From Ramazzottius varieornatus (lineage: Eukaryota > Animalia > Tardigrada), in assembly GCA_001949185.1 (NCBI GenBank), contig BDGG01000003.1, forward strand, positions 1,648,725-1,712,724: a stretch of DNA of 64,000 nucleotides. Reading direction: 5' to 3'. Shown one piece after another: positions 11,399-22,848 of the stretch. The notes beneath the pieces were generated by a model that worked only from the letters and a program-made list of their open reading frames with translations, ran no database searches and was not told where the DNA came from. Position numbers and translations under genes: made by a program. Each line of letters opens with the position of its first letter. Within the stretch, counting starts at the first letter, position 1.

Positions 11399-14300
11399 AT
11401 GTATAAGCTCTCAGTTGAAGAGCAACATCAGCTGGGTAGTGAACTGATATTGAAATTCCTCCGTTCACGCATTTGGGATGGCTGGAATGACAGTAGCAGT
11501 GTCTCGCTTAATAATATGTGGGATTCGCAAGAAGTAATGGCCCTCATTAACGAGACCATCTTGGGCGACAGTCCGGTGGATTCGTACGGACTGGCGGCGC
11601 ACCCTCTGACCGCTGACGTGGCTCCGGTGCTCAATGAAGGGGAAAATGCGCCACTTTACGAGGGCAACTTCACCCACGTCCCGGCGCCCTATGGCGGGGA
11701 TTACTTCATGGCTTTCCACAAAGCCTACTTTCCTATTCACGGCTATTTAGCCATTGTTATCAGCATCTTTGGCATCGTCTCCAACGTCATCAACGTTGCG
11801 GTTCTTTCGCAAAAATCTATGGTGACACCAACGAATGCCATTCTAACAGCTCTAGCGGTGGTCGACGTCCTCGTCATGCTAACTTACGTGCCGTTCGCGC
11901 TCCATCAGTTTATCCTCCGGTATACTTTCACCATGGTGGAGTGGAGAAGTTACTCATGGATGTTGTTTATCTGTTTCAACATTAACTTTACCATTGTGTG
12001 CCACACGATCTCGGTCTGGTTAACCATCACGCTCGCCGTCTTTCGTTACATTGCCGTCTCGTTTCCCAACAAAGTGCAAGAATATTGCTCAATGCGCCGC
12101 GCCATTTTGGCCATCGTCTCGGCCTTTCTGTGTACGGCCATCATCTGTACACCGTCCTACCTCAGTGTCCAAGTGACCCAGCTGACGCGAGCCGACTGGA
12201 CCGAGGACCAACTTGAACAGATGGACCCTGTCGATCAGAACACAACCATGTACCGGATAGACGAAAGTGACCTTTCCAGAAACAACAATAACATCCCGAG
12301 GATTATTTCGTTTTACGCCTTCTCCGTACTGGCTAAGCTGGTTCCCTGTGTCGTGCTGACTTTGCTCAGTATCCAGCTCGTTCGCGCACTCATTCAAGCA
12401 GAAAGAAGGCGTTTTCAATTGAAAAATCCCAACGGATTACCCCCTCGTCGGCCTATTCCCGTAAGGAACCAAACATACTACAGCGCATCGAATGTATTGC
12501 AATTTTGACGTATACGTCAAATGAACTGAGCAGAATCGTTTTCTCCGGTGGCGCACGTTCTCATTGCTGTTGGCTGGCAGCGTGCGCCAGTTGGAAATGC
12601 GATTGTGTTCAGGTCATTTGACGACGTTCCAAGTATCGTTTGGATCGATCCAAAACCGTAACGTTCCTTCACTGAATATCCGAAAATAATAAAATTTTCC
12701 GGTAATAAAAAATTCCTTGTTCGAATACTTGCGGTATTCCTGATCCGGTACTGAATCATGCAACGTCACCGAGACGAGCAATTCATGGAGATACACAAGA
12801 TCGTGATGGCTTATGTCAATTGTTCAGTTTGTATCCGTGTAAATTTTCGTCGGCTTTGATCTTTCGAATGCATGATCAAGCTCATGGTTACCACGAACAT
12901 CCATTCACACTGATGAACTAACGGCCCTTCCTCCCTACAACAACAAAATCATACATGAATGAATGCTCGATCCCTGTCCGACTGTTTCCTCTACCAAGCT
13001 GGAGTAGTTATCGCATCGCTGCGCTGACTGCCTCATTAGGAGTCAACAAATTTTTCCCTTTCAGCAGAATCGTTGATAGTGAAATGTACTTCCGCAGTCA
13101 TGCACAAATCAAAAGAGCGCAACTCTGTCCCTCATTAATTCTTCAGTATCCAGAGTCGATATTGTTTTCGGCTTGAACGACACAAGTATCAAATCCTGTT
13201 AACCTCACGTATCCCATTCCCAATCAATACTTGGAATTACCGCTCCACAGTGCGACTGTTTCCATCGCACCCTTCTGATGCACGCACTCAGTCGGTTCAA
13301 TCACTCAATCAAGAATGTACTTCCAGGTTACCGCTCAAAACAAATAAGCGGTCTTTTTGAAATCAATACGTGTACTTTTTCCATGTAGTACGTATCTGGT
13401 TATTGAGCATGGCCTAAGACGAAGAGAAAACTTTCCATCGCGATTTAATAGGCTGATTTGCGGCTGTAATATGAGTCAAGAAATTTCGAGGCACGAAGTC
13501 CATCTTGACACTATTAGCCGGGTCGAACACTTTTCTTCCTTATTAACAAGTTATCATCTCTCGGCCGCATTTGCTCATCAGTCCCTTCCGCGCAAAAAAA
13601 GTTGGAAACCAAAGGCTTAAGACTAAAAGCTACTGAGCGATTGAGTTCAACTAGAAGTTTCAAGGAATGTGTCAGAGCGACTGTTACTGGTTGATGGTTT
13701 TGACGAACTGGGGTAAATTGCATTCTGGAGTTAGGACCAACGTCTAACCAGTGGCAATTTTCTACAAAGATTCTAGTAGAGCTGGGCAAGGAACCACTGT
13801 GGTCACTCTTGGTCGAATGGAATTAGCGCTATTATTTCTTTTCTGAAGAAGTGAAACCGGAACAGTCGTGAAGTATTAGTGTTGTATTTTGACAGAGTAA
13901 CCCCGCTACCACTGGGACCACTTCAAACGGGCAGCGTGGCTCGTTAGGCCCGACGGAAACGACGCAGTTCCTCTTACCTCCTGGAGGGACTACTACTTTT
14001 ACTACAAAAACCTCTAACAACAGCCCCTCACACAATCGACCAGTCGGTCGAGATCGAACAACGCGGATGCTCCTTGCCATCCTCGTTTTTTTTCTCATCA
14101 CCGAGTTCCCATCTGGACTAGTGGCCTTATTCAGTTGTTTCTCCCCGGACTTTTTCAAATACGTCTACGGACCTTTGGGTGACCTGATGGACATCCTAGC
14201 GTTGATCAACAGTTCAGTGAATTTTATTTTATATTGCTCGATGAGCCGGCAGTTCCGCAAAACCTTCTGCTCGATGTTCGTGCCGAAGCCGATCACGCAA

Positions 14301-14468
14301 AGGTGGAAAGCTTACAAGGTTCGAAGAGGCAATGGAACGACGGGGACTGCGCTAACCGAACGAACCGTTACGTATCACCCGAACAACAAGCAGGGTTCGC
14401 TTAACACTTCGCATACAAGAACGACCGACGGAAGGACAGTGGATCAAGAGGACGATATGGGAACTTGA
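11399..14468 (+). CDS. Rhodopsin-class neuropeptide GPCR, myosuppressin-receptor/DMSR-like
   Basis: HGYLAIVISIFGIVSNVINVAVL, TPTNAILTALAVVD, WLTITLAVFRYIAV, KLVPCVVL; intron 12461-13895; DRTTRMLLAILVFFLITEFP, INSSVNFILYCSMSRQFR. The true start may be a downstream Met (MWDSQ). Confidence 0.92.
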
Positions 14469-17400
14469 TGGAAACGGCAAGTGAAGATTGATAGATGAGG
14501 AGCATGTGGACCGTAATTTGGTTAACTTCGTTTGGGCAATTTGCCACTCAGACGCTGCCATGTACTATTAGCCTGAATGCGCTTCCTCCCAACTGATCTA
14601 ACCAGATTTACCAAGTTACATCCGGTCTTTGCAGCGGGACTCGTGCCTCTTAGCCATCCCCGTGATTTCATGCCTCTTGTGCCCCGCACTTTCGACCGTT
14701 TCTGTCGGCCTCTGCTGGCAGTGCGGAACCTTTTGATTTGTTACAATGAGCTAATGTTCTGCGCATTAACATGTCATCCCAGCTGAAATCCTCTTCTCGG
14801 TTTGTTAGAAGCGCTCAATACACACAGAGTATTCTTTTGAAGTCCTCAGAACCTCAGTACATGTACGATGGAAGATTGTGGGACAGGCGGAAAAGACGGC
14901 GAAATGGAAATTCGATCGTAGAAAAGCGTATTACTGTGAACTTGAGTTCGTACGTGTTTCCTTACCGCCGTAGCGAAAAGGCTTCTTCCATAATTTTTAC
15001 TGCCCCGTAATTTCCCATCGGGTATGTACATGGTTTCCCTTTTTATGATGAAAAAATCAATGAATCATAAGTTTCGAACTCAATTTAGGCTTATCGTTTG
15101 AAATCCCTTGGGCATAACCATCGATATATCAGGAAAAAACGGCCATTAAGCCAGCGTGAACTCGTTACCGATCAGGAAAGCTACGAAGTGCGCTGGTGAC
15201 TAAATCAAACTGAGCGCGTGTTTTCCGGTACGGTTTTTATGCCGGTGTTAAGCGTTAAACAGGAATTTGGCAGCTTTCAGAAGGTTCAAATTGAACTTTA
15301 TTTTGGGAAAGTACTTGCAGTATATCCGGGCAGCGCCTCCTGCCGATCCAGATAATCGTATCCAGGAGAGTTTCACCGACGAAGCAAGGGCTTAATTATC
15401 CGCTAGTAACATTGACGGCTTGTTTCGTCGGTCAACACACAATTCTCCACTGTAATTATCTTGCCTTTATGGCTTCCACTCTCCGGTAACCCCCCACGGA
15501 GACGGATGTAATTTCCGCTAGTGCAAGGTCGCTCAGAAGTCGCCGGAAGCTAATGAGTTTGAAGACCAACTTCGAACGGGTCAACGCGCTTTTCCCACCT
15601 ATTTCTTTTGAACTGGTTTTCAAAAGGTGGTAAGCAGTACAATTCGCCTCGGTACTTTTTTGCTTTTCACGGTAGTGCGGTAATCTCCTCGTTTACTTCT
15701 TTCCTCACATTCACAGAAATTGAAAAACCGCAGGAGGAAAAACAGCGGTTTCTGGTGCACAGTCCCGACATTGACTAATAAGCCTACCGCAGATGGTGCT
15801 AGTTCTTGTTTTTCTAGCAGCCTACGATTCAAGAAATCGATGGATTGGAATGTAAAGGATGTGGACTGAAGGGCCCAGTGAGGTGGCGATGAGCAGCCAG
15901 ATGGAAAGAGAATTAGTCGTTTATGCAGCCAGGAATTAATCCAATGAGTTGATTGTGTTAAGCAAGCTTGGCCGGAAGGCAAAAGGAAACCATGTGCGAG
16001 CAAGCTCCTGTTTCCATGCATTTATCCCTAACTCGCCTGGGTGGCCGTGGTTCAAGTAAACACCACCGGTACCCATCGCTACTACATGAATAATTTAGTG
16101 AGGTGATCGGGCTGGCCATCGAAGTTGCACGGCAAGGACTTCATTCGGGCCTTGGGTTAAAGGAACACACACCGCTCACGGAAACTTGAAGCCACTGTAA
16201 CAGTGAGGATGTAAAAATCGTAACGAGGTCTCCGTAGGTTGCGTCTGTACAAGAAGCAGCTCCGCTTTTCCATCGTGTGTTAGCGCGTTCGTCCCAGCTG
16301 TTCCATTCGGCTGACGTTAGCTTGACTGTGCGGGATGAACTGACTTAGAAGCTTCCTCTGGAAAGAGCACAAGCGTTTTTCTGTTAGGTGAAAAACTAGC
16401 TGTTGAGTATTGACTCGTGCTTTTTGATGGATGAAGGGAGCGCACCAGCAAAAGTCGGTGTGCCCATCCATTACTGTCAGATGTCAATGTCGTTGTCAGT
16501 TATGTTACATGCGATATCGCCAAGTGTTGTCTCGGCGTCCTGGCTTCCTGGCAAGCAAAAGAAACAGTGACAATTTATCGAGAATCGAGGGGTAGAGCAA
16601 AGAGGTCCCTGATGGATAGACGGGATGGTTTGCGGGGGAGATATTCGATTGTTTGCTGATTCCATATCGGCTGTTTGCTCAGGCTGTCCTGATGAGAGCA
16701 CTTACGCTGCCCCATTCTCACAATATCTCTAACGTCTGAAAAGCAACATCGACAAGCTCAAAAGTGATGAATGTTGACTCGATTCCCCTAAGGTCAGGTA
16801 GCTCGTTCAAGCAGCCTTCCTAACGGGGTCTTCCATTTCGGCAAGGTCATCTGCAGTGTAAAGCATCTCGCAGCATTCTTTACCGCATATACTGCAAGCC
16901 TACCGCCTCGCCCGGAAAGAGTTTCGATGACTAGTGCGGAAACCTTACTGAATGATTTAATCGGTAGTAGTGAAAGTGCATGGAGTGAAAATACATAGAG
17001 GGTTGAAGTTTCAGAGCTGCGTTCGTCAGAAATTCTGTGGTCGTTCAAATTTTTGCATAAAGTGAAATCTACTTATGGATAATATTGCAAAATCAGATCC
17101 TAAACTGGGAAGTCATTCGTTGAAAGAATTTTTTAAGGTATATGAAAGGAGGCCTCTTTAGGGCTCCTCGTTCGTGAAGCATTTTTTGAAGTTGTAATTT
17201 GACATTTTAATTTTTACTTTGACTTCAGCACTGAATAAAAGAGGAATTTATGGTTCCTAGTTTGAGCAGAAGTAAGTCAAGCCGGACGGCTGTCCAGCCC
17301 CGAGAAAAAAGTTGTAATTCCTACAAAGCAAAATGCGCAAGTGAAACGGGGCATATCCATCTGGTGCGCTACCGGATCACCAGCTGGATTTTGAAAACTC

Positions 17401-18168
17401 TTGTTTTCTCTACGTCCTTCTGTTTCTGTTAACAGTAAGCTCCCACTCTGTATTCTCTTCACACTCAAGTCGCTTTCTGTCGAAGCGCTAAAAAATAATC
17501 AGTCCCAAATATTCGAAAAACCGCATTTGCGCCATTGGCACGGATAACGGGATTGGCACGCATTACAGAATGCGCACGTTTGCGAAGAAAATCGAACAAC
17601 TGTTTTTCGCATCTTTTCAAAAAATTATTTCTCCTTCTGTGCGAGGGCCAGCTACCTCATGCTTTGAGGATAGTGGGTAGAAGAGATACTCTATCTGTTA
17701 AAAGCGTTCTCTGGAAATAGCACTTTCAGGTGGTCCGTGCCTTAAAACTTATTGAACCTCCTATGTAGCTAGGTATAACCGTGCGGCTATGAGATGAATA
17801 CTTGATATAGAATCAACCATCATATATAATGTCTGAAACAATCACTAGTCGAACCTTGTGTAGGACAATGTACGAAATTCACAGAAGGAGATTTGGTCCG
17901 ATGCTATGGAAGGAAATGCGATGCTCGCGTTCCGAGAAACGCCGTGGATTACTATGGACTTCGTCTTCAAAGTAGAAGGGTACGCCCAATGACAAAAGTT
18001 CAGATCTGACTAGGAGGGTCCAGAAGTCCATAGTTCCCTCGTACAGTTCGAGGAAGCTCTGAACAATTATGGCGCAAAGGTTTGCTGGTGGTGTTCCCAC
18101 GCTTCCGCCGACAATCAGCTGCATCACGTGTTCGATCATTATCAGCGAAAGGTTTGCCATTCATCACT

Positions 18169-19340
18169 TCAAGGGTTAGTTATCCTAATCAGTTGAAAAG
18201 CTGCAGGCTGTTGTTCACCGCTAGAGTTCATGACGGTCGAAAGTGGATGATTGGGCAATTGTAGTGGGTAGACCTGATTTTGGATGACTCCTGCCGGAAG
18301 CTGTACTGCAAACGATAAAGGCCGTGGTTATTATTTTAATGGCGCGTCTATAATAAACAAAGCCCTAGATCGTACCATGAAACTGTGGGGGTGTAGCCAA
18401 AAAGCTACTCGAGCCAGACGGGGTCTCTGTAGAGGAAGATGAGGGCTGATGGTTGGGTGTGGTCTGTACGGGAAGATTCAGTGCCAGTCCGGGGTTGAAA
18501 TAATTCATCTGGAAGGGCTGAGCGCCTTGGATGAAATTCTGACTGACGATACGGTGGCGGGAAGGTAAGTCGTAGGTGGGTTTTAACTTCTTGCAGAACT
18601 GCACGAAGAAAGGGTTTTCGACGGTTGAAAGTGGAAGGTTGGCGGAGAAGAGATAGTCAGCCAGAGCCCGATCAATTTCCTTGTTCTCTTCGATCAGGAA
18701 GGAACGATCGGATATGGCTTTCCTTTTCTTCTTCCTTCGAGACTTTTGAGGAGAAGAAGGCTTCTTGCGCTTTTCAGAAAGGCGTGAGTTGTCGTTTGGT
18801 TCCTCGACGGATTCCTCGTTGGTTTCCTCCCCAGTGGTACTCTAGAACAAAATCCCATCTTGAATCGCGTATCACTCCTACCATACAATGTACACTAAGG
18901 GAACACACGTCGAACCGCGCAGTTCGACAGAACATTCTTCCCTCAAACTTCAGACCGGAAAACAATTAATGGGAGGTCGAGAAATGAATCCACTCAGATT
19001 GTTTCTCTAGGTGGCGCATCTTCTCAACCGACAACAATGAAAACATGCGCCACCTGTTAAAGCTGTCTGCCGAGTGTTTCCCTAGCTTCCAAATGGTTGG
19101 AAGAGCCCTACGAATGGCCAGGTTCCGTACTTCGGTGACATCTTCTTCGATCTGTTCATGGTATTCCCGTTTGACTTGTTCCGGACATGCCGTGCAGTGC
19201 TTGGCTAAGTGGGTCTTCATCCTGACGGTATTCTTCGCACTGACCCAACCGCAAAACCGACACTTGGCCTTCTCGCACTTCATCTGCTCATCCTTGGTCA
19301 GTTCAAAGTACTGGACGCAAGTACTCTTCTTGCGACCCAT
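18169..19340 (-). CDS. BED zinc-finger protein derived from a hAT transposase N-terminus, without catalytic domain (~270 aa)
   Basis: Exons 19340-19131, 18841-18376 and 18305-18169 splice in frame. Content: AKCRFCG...RMKTHLAKHC (BED), KRKK/RRKKKRK NLS-like runs, IDRALADYLFSANLPLSTVENPFFVQFCKKLKPTYDLPSRH (hAT segment), P/Q/S-rich tail. Without exon 3 the gene would stop at 18365. Confidence 0.8.
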
Positions 19341-21740
19341 GTTTAATGGTATCCTCACTGTGTAAGTCCGCATATCCACCGATACAACAGATCCATAAAA
19401 GGGGGTTGGTCAGCCATCCGAATAAAACAGGTTTTACAGGATCCTGATAGCAAACCACGAAATATTTCCATAACAAACGAAGATCTATCGATGAAATAAC
19501 CGCGACGTTTGGATAAATGCTTCGCGTCCAGTGCTGACATTGCGGTTTCGATACGTTTATGCCGGCGTGGGAAATCAGATCGGACATAAGTGGATGTGAC
19601 ATCATCAAACAAGAAGTATCGATAAGACTTTTACCGACAGAGAAACAGATAAGATACTGTATTCTCTTACTGTCTTAAAATGTAATTTATCAGTGTGAGC
19701 GTAAACAAACCAAGCTCTCTGGTGCAAAATCCGAATTTTATTGTGGTTGGGAATTTATTTGCCAAACACTTAAGAACGGTTATCGCATGCCCCGCCAACG
19801 TAACGGAGCATGATGTTTGCAGTCTACTGTAATTTCTCTGCTAGATCTGTAAATAGCCACCATGTGACGATGTGTTCATCCAACGGGGTGATTCAGGGAA
19901 GGACCTTGGTCTTTCAAGTCTGATTCAAAACTCTGAGCTGTTGAAAAAGTTAACCTGCAACAAAACCGTGTCACGACTGCGCCGACTCTATCTATTCTGC
20001 CAATCAAACGATCAGACTTTCTGCTTAAAAACGCATTTCAGTTCTGAATAATCTACTGGGTGACTCGACTCGTAAGGGAGCTTTTTCATGCGGAAAAAAA
20101 TTTTGTACGTGTTGTCAAAATTTACTCAGTCGGCCGGGATCGCCTTGTACAGGTCGTGCGGCTCCCTGAAATTCTCTTCCACGAAAACGCGGTAGATAAG
20201 TACGCACTATTCGGGAAGATGGCAGCAATCCCTTCCATGACATAATATGCATTCTGAGTGCGCATAGCATCGGATGATCGGAACCATACCGTTTTCTTTT
20301 GCTATATACGCCGTAGTTTCAACCGTGAAGATCGTAGCACCGGCGGTAGCGACCCACCTGTTTAAGAGTTGCCGCAAGCCATCCGCCGACCAAAAGCGGG
20401 GAGTAGCTTCAAACCAGTCTTTTCCTAATTGTCTGGGAAGGAACAGCTTGCAGGTGATATATCGGGCGGAATCTCTTGCAGGTAATGGGAGCTAGGAAGC
20501 GCGGAGCTTATGACAAGGTCAACACAAAATATTCGGATGTACTGCGGATCGCTGTGGGGGATGTCAGGATCTCCATTCTCCTTCCTATATACGTGGAAGG
20601 ACAGTCAAAAAAACCGTTCGTCATGATTCTAGTGGAGTAGGTCCGAATGGTTAGACTTTGTGTATCTCGTGGAATTTCTTGCACTGCAAGCAAGATTGTG
20701 CCAGCGTCGAATTGAATCGCGTACGTGTACCCAACTTTTCACGATATTCCAATTACATGCGGATATCTTTGCACATGGAAAAGCTGTACACGCGCGACGA
20801 AATATTATGGGCCTGTAAAAATTACGGGCCGGGCGGAAAAGACGGCAAATTTACAATTTGTGTTCAAGTGAGAAACAGAAATCGGACAAATGACGTAACG
20901 TAGTGAAATTCAACCGTAGAAAATGTCAGGGACAGTGGCCATCAGTTGTTCAGCTGTTTACTCTAACGCTTTACCGCTGCTGTCGACTTTCTCCCGGAGA
21001 AGCCCTGGAACAGTTTGAACTGTTGAAGGTGTGCGTGTTCCGGTAGGATGGAGATCAAACTAGTAACTGCTCGGCCCAGTATCCAGCACGTACCTTGCAG
21101 AAGTCCAGCCTTCGATGTTGGTTTTTACTTGCAGCAAGAATCACCTGCCCGTGACGCCGTACATTACAACCAGATGCCCCGATGAATCTTCGGCATCGAG
21201 AAGGGTTCTGTTCTCGAGCTTTCTACCATGAGTTTCTACCGTCTCTACTGACATCAGTGTTCCTGCAAGCGATTAATCTCGTAGCATACCTGTACGAATG
21301 AGCTTTCCGGTCCATCCATCGTGTACTGAATTGGTGAAGCTTTGCCCTACTGAGAGAGCACGTGGAATCAGCCAATCTATGGACCTCACCTCCATCTTTT
21401 CGTTTCTTTTTTGCCGAGTGTTCCGTCGGGTTTGCCTTGTGCCGAAAGCGCAAACTGTGTAGATATAATAACCGTTGGTGACACCACCGCATTGCCAAAA
21501 GCTAAGCGAGTTTGGCTTCTTCACCTGTCACTTTTCCCATCGATAACGCATCGTTTCGCATGTTTTGATAGTCATTCCAGGATTCTGGCCACGGAATAGA
21601 CCTGGCTTTCCTGAAAAATACTGGAGAACTGCTCGAAAGTTGAAGGCACCAGTAAGCCTCCGCTCTTGGTACAGTCCGGAATGAAATTATGGTGCAGGAA
21701 ACCACACTTGATCACAACAAGGTTCGTCTGACTATTTTAA

Positions 21741-22257
21741 CACTTAAAAGACCAAGAGGGCACGCCGGTTGCTTGGCGCACCCCAAAAGCCTTGCAGAAT
21801 GGCAACTGTTGAACCTTTTCGTTTCAAATTTTCGCGTTTACTTTCGGAAACTTTGTCGCTTCCAGTTAAAAAAGACGTGAATTGGCTAGCAACTTTCTGA
21901 AAAATTTGAGACTATTTCGTTTTTGACCAGATTGTGTCTTGAGTTGACAGACCAAATTTTTACTCAAGAGCTGGCTGACGGAAAGCCTCCTTAAAAATTG
22001 GACACAGAGCCAGTACATTGGTACCGTCTTAGACGCTCTAGTATGTTCTATACTGTGTGACCAGTGGTCAGAGCAAATTAAAAAGGTCAGGCACTTTGGT
22101 TCACTTAGTGGCGCATTTTACTCGAAAAATGCGAAGCGTACATGTGGTGACTGGCCCGATCTGACCCCACCCCATGATTTCAGCCAGTTAAAAATGGGGG
22201 ACGGTGATCTACCCCCGTTGTACTCCCAGAGCTCGGAATTGCGTGGACTTTTAAGTG
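21741..22257. mobile_element. Non-autonomous piggyBac-type element (517 bp)
   Basis: TTAA|CACTTAAAAGACCA ... TGGACTTTTAAGTG|TTAA: TTAA TSD, 14-bp TIR with one mismatch, subterminal GATCT(G)ACCCCC repeats. Confidence 0.8.
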
Positions 22258-22848
22258 TTAAAGTCCGTATGGATCCAAAAACGATCGAGTACTCGGAAAC
22301 CCGGGATACGTATAACGCACGTGCGGATAATACAACTCCACTTTGCGCTGTCGAATGCGTACAATAGCTATCAGACAAGCATCGTCGGAACGATTGAGTT
22401 ATGGCAGTAATCAACCTCCGATATGAACTACTGTACTATGCCTAGTAATCCTCGGTACCTGTACCAGCAAATTGATAGAGATTGCTTTATCGGAGGATTC
22501 GCGAGTAATTGACGTCGACCTTCGAGACAGCAATAAAGTGCACATACCGGATCATGACCTCGAGCTTCAATTCCGAAGTCGATCTTTGTGTATACTGATA
22601 CTGAAGGACATTTTTATTGGAAATATAATTCTTGGAACAATAAACATTATTGATTAGGCAGTAAGTATACGATTAGACACGACGGTACATCGTCATTTAT
22701 CCCAAAGCGCAGTTCTGTAAACGCTTTCCGGGTCCGGAAGTGCAAGTTTTGAGCATTATATTCTGTAAAATCGTGCCCTGCGCTCCTGGAACTAATTAAC
22801 TTTTGGGCAACGTAGACTGTCAACAAGACCAATCTGGTAATTACAATT

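Noticed and set aside
11046-11447. 133-aa ORF upstream of the GPCR
   Set aside because: It has a TTG start and a GA-rich low-complexity tract; most likely 5' UTR.
20060-21700. Short ORFs with a faintly protein-like appearance
   Set aside because: No consistent frame, splice model or motif could be supported.
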